64,000 nt of DNA, from contig NC_068995.1 of assembly GCF_001194135.2 (NCBI RefSeq), positions 45,464,769-45,528,768 of the forward strand, written 5' to 3'. The notes below the pieces were generated by a model. That model had not been told where the DNA came from and ran no database searches. It saw only the letters and a program-made list of their open reading frames with translations. Origin of the DNA: Octopus bimaculoides. Taxonomy: Eukaryota. The translations under genes were made by a program, and so were the position numbers. Shown here in pieces: positions 22,671-32,900 of the stretch. The stretch's first letter is position 1. Every line of letters starts with the position of its first letter.

Positions 22671-24033
22671 CTGCATCATGGATGGACGGACGGACGGGCA
22701 GGGATGACGTTCCGTGGGTCAGGGATATTCAGGGTCAACAGACGGGCCATTGGTGGACATGGAAGGGCAAGAAGAATGGGGCAGGCAAGATATATATAAC
22801 AAAGTATTACTACCAGAAATCTTCACAATGGGCATAAAAAAGTAATATAAATGGAATCCATACATTCATTGAACAAGTCAACTTCAACGGGGCTGAAATT
22901 CTGTGGAATAAAAACTGGAGGCATTAGTTAAGACAAACTTGCAGTACTGAGAGATACTTGCAGGGAAAGTCTTGTTTTCCCCTATAACGTTCTGACTAGT
23001 TCTCTTTCTCCTCAATTCAGTTTTTCCCTTCTTAGAGACAGACAGGTTCCCGGGAATGGGTTATAAAAGAGAAAGGAAGCTGCTTTGTTCCTGAGAGAGA
23101 GAGAGAGAGTGAGAGAGAGAAAGAGAGAGGGAAAGTTACATTTCCCTCACACATATCTTCACAATATCAACTGCTGGCTGGTCAAATTCAGCTGCCACTG
23201 ATAAAAAGAACAACAGTGCAAAGCCTTACGTTTCAGATTGGGGGAACATCCCAGTCAACAAGCAGAATTTGAAAAAATTTCTTTTTATAAATAGTTTTTT
23301 TTTTTGTTCCATAGTAATAAAACATTCTTGCATGCATGGTTATGTTCAAAGAAATAATACCTAAAAGGAATAAAGAAGGAGAATTAGCTATAAGTTAAAT
23401 GCACCTCCATCTTTTGTGCAAGATTGGGGTTACTTCTCGACCCCTTTTCAACTCCTGCTTAACGTTTCAAGTTTTTATAATCACTATAGTCGGGTTCAGA
23501 TGCTACATTTATCGACATGCACTGGAAGTCCAGTTTGGGAAAATAGCTATCATCATCAAAAGTTCAGGAGTAAGATCATATNNNNNNNNNNNNNNNNNNN
23601 NNNNNNNNNNNNNNNNNNNNNNNNNNNNNNNNNNNNNNNNNNNNNNNNNNNNNNNNNNNNNNNNNNNNNNNNNNNNNNNNNNNNNNNNNNNNNNNNNNNN
23701 NNNNNNNNNNNNNNNNNNNNNNNNNNNNNNNNNNNNNNNNNNNNNNNNNNNNNNNNNNNNNNNNNNNNNNNNNNNNNNNNNNNNNNNNNNNNNNNNNNNN
23801 NNNNNNNNNNNNNNNNNNNNNNNNNNNNNNNNNNNNNNNNNNNNNNNNNNNNNNNNNNNNNNNNNNNNNNNNNNNNNNNNNNNNNNNNNNNNNNNNNNNN
23901 NNNNNNNNNNNNNNNNNNNNNNNNNNNNNNNNNNNNNNNNNNNNNNNNNNNNNNNNNNNNNNNNNNNNNNNNNNNGAAAATAGCATGTCATGTGGTGTGT
24001 TTTATATACTTATATGTGCACACGCACACACAC

Positions 24034-24080
<47 letters not shown>

Positions 24081-24500
24081 AAATAGTTGTTAGATACAAC
24101 TGTCAAATTTGATGGCCAATTTGGACAATGAAACAAACTAGTCAACCTTCACTACTTTCAAAGTTCATTTTCCGATGAAGGTGAAAATAAAGGATAATCA
24201 TCTCGTTACTTTCAAAGATGAAATATTTACAACAAAATGTGATATATAGTTAGATAGATATATATATATTTCTAATCTCTATTTTAAGACAAAGTTTAAA
24301 AATCACTTGGTACTAATATTTACTGACAAACAACACACCCACCCTCAAGAGAAGAATTAACGTCACCTTCTCATAAAATGGCAACTAGCATCTAGGCAGA
24401 AGCAATGCCTGATTTTGTCTTCATTATTACAAAAACATTAAAAATATAATAAATATGAGAAAAATGGTAACGGAAAAACTGTTTAATTAGAAATACTCAC

Positions 24501-24557
24501 ATGTTCTCTTAATCTTTTAATATTACTGCCACCCTTGCCAATGATAGCTCCAGCATT
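24501..24557 (-). CDS. HNRNPK: hnRNP K coding exon 3 (KH1 GxxG): NAGAIIGKGGSNIKRLREH
   Basis: 57 nt, tttcag/gtgagt. Confidence 0.96.
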
Positions 24558-25022
24558 CTGAAAGACATTTCAAATACAAACTTCGTTATTATTCAACAAG
24601 TGTGAGTGAGAGGGAGTGTGTGTGTGTGTGTGTGTGTGTGTGTTTAGTTAAATTAAAAATCTACTGATATTAATGCAAGCCTACATTTAGGAAAAGAAAA
24701 AATCAAGTTCATTTCCTGCAAAGAAAACTATTCTTAACCTATTCACTTATATCATTTACACTATCACACATTTTAGAAAGATATTTTGAAGCAGCAATTA
24801 TGAGTATTGCTGAAAAGCACAAGAGTAAAAAGAAGTTAAAAGCTAATGCAATAAGTGGTATGGACATATGAAGAAAGGAGACCAATTGCTCAAAATTAGA
24901 AGGGCAAATGTTGCATTTTTTGTCCTATTGGATGTTTTCTGCATTTTAATTGAAGAGAAACTAAAGCAATAATAATAAGACCCAAAATTGAATTTTTTTA
25001 AAAGGTTATTTTGGAAACCTAC

Positions 25023-25126
25023 TTTGCTCTGAAGTAAAATTCTTAACTCAATTTTTGGCCCACTGCCACGAGCTCTCTTCATCGATGAGTCATCATCTTC
25101 TTGTTCTAGTGGCCGCTTCATTATGC
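25023..25126 (-). CDS. HNRNPK: hnRNP K coding exon 2: (G)IMKRPLEQEDDDSSMKRARGSGPKIELRILLQSK (bipartite NLS, start of KH1)
   Basis: 104 nt, caacag/gtaggt; KRP...KR.R NLS and ELRILLQSK as in human hnRNP K. Confidence 0.95.
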
Positions 25127-26546
25127 CTGTTGAAAAATCAATTAAAATGAAAAACAAAAACCCATTAGTCTCATTTGTAATACACAGAAACATATATATA
25201 AAAAGCAACTCCCTAACAAATATTTGGGGGATTTAATTTACAGAAATATTTTTTTCACAAGCCATCCACGTAAGAAAAATTTTACAAACAAATTACTAGA
25301 GTAAATCTTTAGGAAAATGTATATGGAAAAAAAAATGCCTACAATAGCCCCAGCAATCAATCAAAAGGTAAAAAGAGTGCCTTAAAGATTAATAAAGGGT
25401 GGCAACAGGTAAATCAGCCAAGTAGGAAGGTACCTGCTCCTTTTGCGTGAAGATAGAGAAAACTGATAAAATGGCTGCTAAACTCAGCATTCAACACCAA
25501 CTGAACAGACAGCAAACTCAGGAAATAAGACTCAAATGAAAATTCTTTTCATGTAGAACACCAATATCAAATAGGATTCTGGAGAGAGAGAGAGTGTTTT
25601 ACCAAAGCCTTTAACAAAGAGATGAAGATTCAGACTCAACACTTGACACATGAAAAGATAGTATTTTTTTTTCCATCTTTTATCTTTTACTTTGATTCAG
25701 TTATTGGACTGTGGTCATGCTAAAGCACCAGAGTGAAAGGTTTGGTGAAACAAATCAACCCCAGGACTATTTTTAAGTCTCGTGATTATTCCATTGGTCT
25801 CTTTTGCCAAACTGCTAAAAGTAAAGTAACTGCTATGCCTAAAACTAAACTCAGAGATGTATCTAATCTCTTTTGTAACACCTAATCAATGCCAGAGTCG
25901 GCATATGTGTGCACATGCAATTGAACACCAGCTCCTCACACCTAGCAACCACATAATCCAACAGTGTATATCTTTAGCACTAAGATGAAAGCTGGTAAAA
26001 CTAGGAAACCCACACACTGAAGAAATAGAACTAAACTGAAAGTAGACTGGAAAGGAATAACAGGATGATTAAAAAAAAAAAAAGAACAAAAATACCAGAT
26101 TCACAAATAAAAACTCTTGTAAATTTGGGCAAGGAGAAAAAAATAATATAAAACCTAAAAAGACAAAATAACCAGAACCCCATTAACCAACACTAATTTG
26201 CTGGACGAGGAGCAAGAAAATAACAAAACCATTACTACCAGTCCTACTAAAGAGTAACTTAGAATTTATAAATGCCAAAATTTAATAAGAGTCACCCACC
26301 TCTTCAGTGAAATATAATTACTTCAATTTCAGTTAAAATGAAGCATTAAGTGGACTTGTAATATACAACACAGAAATAGCCAGAGGGAAAATAAAATTGT
26401 AGATGTTAAAAGCTGATAAACACAAAGTAAAGAAGAAAAAAATTAAAAAAGATATCACAAAAATAAAATTCATCTGAAAGAAAATACATACCCCAAGGTG
26501 ACCTATTGACCAAAAAGTGATCAGTTAAAACATCATTAGTTTTCAC

Positions 26547-26602
<56 letters not shown>

Positions 26603-27390
26603 CGTGTGTTCAAGTAGGAGTTAAACAAGACTGATGTACTCCCATCATCATCTCTTTTGTTGTATGTAAAGTAAGACAGAGAGGGATGAAAACTGGTTGC
26701 CTGTAGACTTGTTAGACAACATTTCAGGTCTAAAGAGCAGCATGATAGTGATGTAGCCAATGGGACAACTGATGAGGAATGAACCAGCCTGACTAGTAGC
26801 ACTACTTAAATGGTTCTTTACACCCCAATACACCAGTTTTTTGTTGATATTTAGTGGCCTAGCAACAACCAATGAGCACCTGCTCACATCCTCCTAGCTG
26901 TGGAGGAGTAGGCGATACTATCCTGCAAAAGCTTTGTTCAAAAACCAGCCTGTAGGACAGGCTGGTTGGGGAGGATAATTAATAATCTAAATCACAAATG
27001 CTAAAGCAACCATGACATGGGATCATTAGAAAGGGAAGGGATGGAAGCGAATCAACAAGTTAAGCCATAGAAATTCACCAAACACTAATTGATGGCGCAG
27101 CCTGATTTAATTCATTGGTATATTTGAAATTATAATAGCTTATAAATCTAGACATGTACATGTCTCACACTTATAAATAATGGAACATTTTAACAGACAA
27201 AAAAAAATTTTTTTTAATAAAAATGAAACTATAAACATCTACATAAATTATTGACGGCTTTTAAGTATTAAGAGATAGTTTTATAAAATTTGAATATAAA
27301 ATACAAATTTTCTATGATGATATTAATGCTTTCTTATGAAAAATGCTAGTTTAAGTGTACTAAAGAATAATAAAGCAGACTGCTTCTCAC

Positions 27391-27410
27391 CTGGGTCAGC
27401 CATGGTGCCA
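27391..27410 (-). CDS. HNRNPK: Candidate alternative 20-nt microexon with its own ATG (27403-27401): MADP(G)
   Basis: Long pyrimidine tract then ccatag|TGGCACCATGGCTGACCCAG|gtgaga; strong Kozak context; phase 1 matches exon 2. Confidence 0.65.
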
Positions 27411-27757
27411 CTATGGAAGGGGGAGAAATACAGAAGACAATATGTAAAAGGAAAGAAATCAATAAGGAACATGTACTTTATGACACCTGTTGCTGCTGCT
27501 GCTAGTGATACAGACTAGCTACCATGGCAACACTTAGCAACCAATTAAATGGTTTAAACTGGACATTTTGAATATTGTAAAATATTTGCACCAACAATAT
27601 ACAATATAGCTACACCACCCACAATAAATAAAAATTAACATTAAAAAAAGTGTAACCCCACCTACAATTAGAAGGGAAAACCTTAAAGAAATTAACAGGT
27701 GAGGGAGATAGAAAAGAAGGAAGAAAAAAAGGCATGAAAAACTATAACTGAACTCAC

Positions 27758-27773
27758 CTTCTTTCGAGTCCAT
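27758..27773 (-). CDS. HNRNPK: hnRNP K coding exon 1: MDSKE(G); the exon extends 5' as UTR to about 27817 or 27829
   Basis: ACGATGG Kozak context, donor gtgagt, phase 1 fits exon 2; acceptor ttccacag at 27819-27818. Confidence 0.8.
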
Positions 27774-27978
27774 CGTTAATTGATGACCAAAAGTTTCAAT
27801 GAAATCTCTAAGGAGTGCTGTGGAAGCAACTGTTATTGTTGAAAAGAAATTATTTCTTCACTTAACACTTTACCACACCTACAACGAAAGGAAACAAAAC
27901 AATAATGGTGTGTTTAAAGTTAGGAAAAATGGACTAAGATGAAGGAAATGAAAACATTCCCAACACTACTATAGGTAC

Positions 27979-28167
27979 TTTATCCCTTTGTTACCAAATT
28001 CATTTGCTTCAATTAATTTTGAAGATAATGAAGAATTTAGTGGAATAACTGTCTTTACTACACCTGGTGTTTGGAATGTAAATTAGCATGGTGTTTTGAT
28101 GGGAGGTTTTAATAAAGATCACTTATAGTACTGGAAGTCTTGGGCAGGTTAATATCAAAAGGGTTAA
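27979..28167. mobile_element. TTAA-type MITE (piggyBac-like ends)
   Basis: Ends TTATCCCTTTGTTACC...ATCAAAAGGGTTAA; internal similarity to 48726-48935. Confidence 0.6.
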
Positions 28168-28259
28168 ACTGAACTTTCAAAATTACTTTTACTGCTGAGG
28201 AATTAGAATTTTACACAGGATCATATCAATTAATATCCAAAATCTGACGTTTGTTAATA

Positions 28260-28313
<54 letters not shown>

Positions 28314-29379
28314 TAGATAGATAGATAGATATATAGATAGATAGATAGAGATGCACAGGCACAAATTGATATAAGAAGAAAATCTGGACCAACGAAATTA
28401 CTTGTTGCATCAATAGACAAAAATAGGCAGGAATCTTTAATATAGCCACAATACAAAAAAAATCAGACAACAAAAGCAAACAAACTGTTAATGAAAATTA
28501 TGAATTATAAAGCTTAAATAAGGGAGAGAGAAAAAATCTAGCTGTGAACAGTACTTCAAAGAGATATTTAAAGTTTTATTTTGATGACTATACACAAAAA
28601 AGTCATTACTATATTAGCTCAAAATTATATTGTATACAATTATAGTTTACTTTCACTTGTATCCTCATCCTGGAATCTAGCATCACCAGAATGCAGCCAG
28701 AAAAAAAGACAATATCAACCTTATATGGTAGCAACCCTTTAAAGAGAAAAGAAAATATATCTCACCAAGTACAAAATTCACTAACCAGCAATTTAGCTCA
28801 GTAAATTACAATGGATTAACTATAATTTAGAGGGTTAGATGGAGTTGCTTATGTTAAGGTATTATAGTAAAACAACTTTAATACAGGATTTGGAAATCTA
28901 AGAGAATAGTGTACCGTTTTCATTCCTGCATGCTTCAGCTTACGTTTCAAAATATTATATTCAACAATATATTTATATTCAAGCAAGAATATGAAGGCAA
29001 TACTGTTCACGTCTAACAGGGTGCCATAAATTAATCAAAAATATTTCTACATAACTTTAAATCTATGAAATAGAAAACAAACAGTCATCTCTAGAAGTGA
29101 ACGCTAAAAAGGTACGGGATGAGGTGGACGGTGCAAGTTTCAGGAAAGAAAAAAAACGATATATCAGAAATGTTACATCCAAAAGCTGGCCTAAAATATC
29201 TTACAGCACGACAAACTGAAATAAGTATTTATTTTTACAACCAAGATATTTACATCTTTAACACCAACACATCTTAAGAATTAAATTGTATTTAAATTAA
29301 TCTCATGAAATAAAAGTTTTCAGTTGATCAACGCCAGATGTTTTATTAAAAATTCTTTCGGTGAGCGTTCTTTCGGTTT

Positions 29380-29700
29380 ATCTTTTGTTTCAGTACCGTG
29401 GCCACGCTGGGGCACCGCCTTTAAGAACTTTTAGTAGAATGCATCGACCTCAGTATTTAGTTTAAGCCTGGTACTTATTCTATCGATCTATTTCGCCGAA
29501 CGGCTAAGTTACAGGGAAGTAAACACAAAGCTATACACACACATACATACGACAGGCTTCTTTCAGTTTCCGCCTACCAAATCCACTCAAGGCTCTGGTC
29601 GGTCCGAAACTATAGTGGAAGACACCTGCCCAAGATGCCACGCTGTAGGACTGAATTCAGAACCATGTGGTTGAGAAGCAAACTTCTTACTACACAGTTA
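29380..29700 (-). mobile_element. Octopus SINE (intronic)
   Basis: Reverse-orientation tail (tgtttcag...gctggggcaccgcc) and head (gaaccatgtggttgagaagcaaacttcttactacacag). Confidence 0.8.
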
Positions 29701-29989
29701 CCTAAAAGTGAAAAAATATCCTACGCAATCGGGACTGAAATTCTGGGACCAAAAAATTTTCAGAATCATATTCTCCATATTTTTAAACACAGACTACCTC
29801 ACATATCGAAGTCTGCCTTTAAAAACAGGAATCCGAAGAAATTATAAATAAAAAATAAACATGGACACGGGGTTCATGGTGACAAGATACTTTTTCCTAG
29901 GTAGGATGGGGTAAGAGAATATCAGTCAACAAAACCCTGCTCCATTCTAGCAGACCCTAGATAACATTAGATAATCCTTTAGCTTTTGA

Positions 29990-30170
<181 letters not shown>

Positions 30171-31110
30171 CGTAGTTAATGAAGTCGAGTTCCAAAGCTG
30201 TGACCACGTTATCAATAGTGAAATCAATAGAAACTGTTGCATCAGTAATGAAATACTTGCCAAAATCTCATAGCCTTTTTTTTTCTTCTCTGACTCGTAA
30301 ACTAATAATTACCATCCATGGACACGATAAATATTTTTTAAAAGTGAACGACGAATGCTACAAGCAATAAAGTCTGCTTTGTTTACCAAGGTCCGAGTTC
30401 GAACATAGAAGGGGATCGCTCCCATTCCGGGGTTAATCATAAACCACCTTTTAACCCCGATCCATAGCTTATTCCTGTTATTTATGACCCAGTGTACCAA
30501 TTGAGGGAACCCCTTGCCAACATTGTTTCCTATTAATTAAGCCCCAAGTGGGCAGAGTTGAGTAAGAATTGAAACTTAAATGGAGGGCTTAGCAGGCAAG
30601 AAATTGAACAGCAAAGCCCACGTTGCTCGCTACCCTTTCAATAATCACATGAAGCTACACCATCGTGCAACTTCGCCCCAAACGCAATATTTAAATCCGT
30701 CCACACGGATTTTTTAAAGAATAAATATAGGATTCATGATTATATAATCTAATAGCTCAATGTTGAAGTATAACCGACACAAGAAATTAAAAACTTCTTG
30801 TTAAAGCCATAATATATAACAGCAAAAAATAGAAAGACAACCAAATAAAATAATATAATCCATATTCACACAGAATGGAAAAAGACGAGTGTTGTTGAGA
30901 GTGGGTGAGTGCTAGGAGCCCAAAACACAAAAAACCACACCCAATGCACTGTCTGCACAAGGCAGACAATTTAATACACACACACAGAGGATTGGATGCA
31001 TGAGAAAGAAGCAGTATTTTCTTCCCTTGTTCTGCATAAAAGGCCGATATTTTTGATGACAAAGAAATAGGAAGCTGTGACCTTCATGCATTTTCATAAG
31101 CATTACTCAC

Positions 31111-31209
31111 ACGAGAAATAAAACCAAAAGATTACAAAACTCTTGTCTATTTCACCACTTCCACCACGGTGACGAGGTGTAATATAATCAATCAACAGAA
31201 TTAACAAAC
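31111..31209 (-). other. Candidate non-coding 5' UTR exon of hnRNP K
   Basis: Acceptor tttaccctcctgttttag and donor gtgagt; no transcript evidence. Confidence 0.4.
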
Positions 31210-31999
31210 CTAAAACAGGAGGGTAAACGCTAAAATTTACTTCGTCTGCCGTTTTTTCTTTACTTCTAAATTTTACCAATTCCTCAATTTAGAGAAATGC
31301 ACGTTCTTCACACACACACACACACTCTCTCTCTCATGAGCAACGCTGGTTAAACTCAAAAACTCAAACGTTAGTAATGAAATCGAGGCGCGCTATCAAG
31401 AGAAGGTTTACCTTTAGTCCTAGCTTATATGCTTCCTTATATTCAATATCAGAAATTTTGATAGTATCGCTGTCAATAATATATTCAAAATATAACACCG
31501 CCACGGTTTACTAATTCAGTTTGATATAATAAAATAAAAAAAATACAAAGTCAGTGAACTTAGATTCGTTGCCTTTATAATTTCAGCGACCTTTTTTTTT
31601 AAAAAAAAAAGAACATTAATTGTATTACACTTTTAAACCTCCTCACGAACGACACGCCCTTCGAGGTATATAGTTAATAATACTACAATAATAATAGTGG
31701 AGTAGCCGGTTCGTTTGCGTCATTTTATTACACTAGAACACAATACTTAAAAAAAAATAAAAAATAAAAAAAAAAATCAACCTTCGCTGTAACACCTGAC
31801 TTCAACAAGCTGGAGGTAGACTGCTTGGCGCCAGTAATTTTTTTCTTCTTTACACGTAGCTAATGAGTTCGTGATGAAGCAGTTTTCAATTTTGGGAAAC
31901 AAGTCGCTACTGACCTTCACCTTTTATGGCATTAAAATTTGTTTTGATTATTTGATAAATTTCTAGAACCTTTTTCATTGTTCGGTTCTTTGTGCTGCG

Positions 32000-32900
32000 T
32001 TTACTCCGCAACATATCTTTTTAAGAACCAGCCTAAGGTACTGACTGCATGCGGACCGCTAAAAGTGAAATAGGCCCAAAACCAGACGAGAGCCGAGTAG
32101 ACCACTCCACTGAGTCTATAATAATAAGTACAGATAAGTGAAATCTAGCGTTCTCCTATGATTTACTGATATTTAAATCTACTTCGGATGTGGGACACGG
32201 ACGCAGAAACACGAGCATTAACATCCAGTCAGAGGGAGATTGTATGTGTGTCTGTATATATACATATAGACAAGCGTGCAAACGGAGAAAGAGCTAAATA
32301 GGCGAAAAACACTAATATATAATCTATTATTAGCTGAGATTGTGGGTGGTAGGAATGGTTCAGCGGCCAGTAGTTTTTGCAGCAACGAACACTAGGCCAG
32401 AGAATCACTTCTGTAGCAATCTCAAGTAATAAACTGCATCTTTTAAATATATATCCACACACACACATAGTAAAGAAACCGTGAAATGTAAACTAAATTT
32501 TACATTTGCCGCACTCGCTTCACTTTGTTTTATAATTCACGTTAGAAAAGCATGAAGCCCTCAACATCTTGTTGCCTACTTCCAACAGTTGAAAAGCTTT
32601 ATCGAGCGCCGACAAAGACGCAACAGGAAAGTGAAGCGGTTAAAGGTCGGCGTGGTAGGGACGGCGGAAGGGGGTGGCTTTTATTATATAAAGATTAGAA
32701 AAATCCCTACTGTTAGCAGAGAGAAACACGAAGAAATATGGGAGGGAAGTATGGCCGCCATGTGACAGCAAGGCAGAGATAGAGAAAAGTGGTGGTAGGA
32801 GGAGAGAGTGCAGATAGAGAACAGAGGTGGGAGAAAGGAGAGAGAGAGGGGGAGAGAGAGAGAAAGTTTGTGTAGAGATAGAGAGGGGGGGGGCGGAAGA
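32000..32900 (-). promoter_or_regulatory. Probable hnRNP K promoter / first-exon region
   Basis: Locally CpG-rich; YY1-like ATGGCGGC on the minus strand (32761-32754); GA/CT tract at 32790-32890; lies about 5 kb upstream of the first coding exon. Confidence 0.5.

Noticed and set aside
23496-23556. C/D-box-like pair (ATGATGA ... CTGA) on the sense strand of an hnRNP K intron
   Set aside because: No terminal stem and no convincing rRNA/snRNA guide; the C box is part of a (TGA)n run
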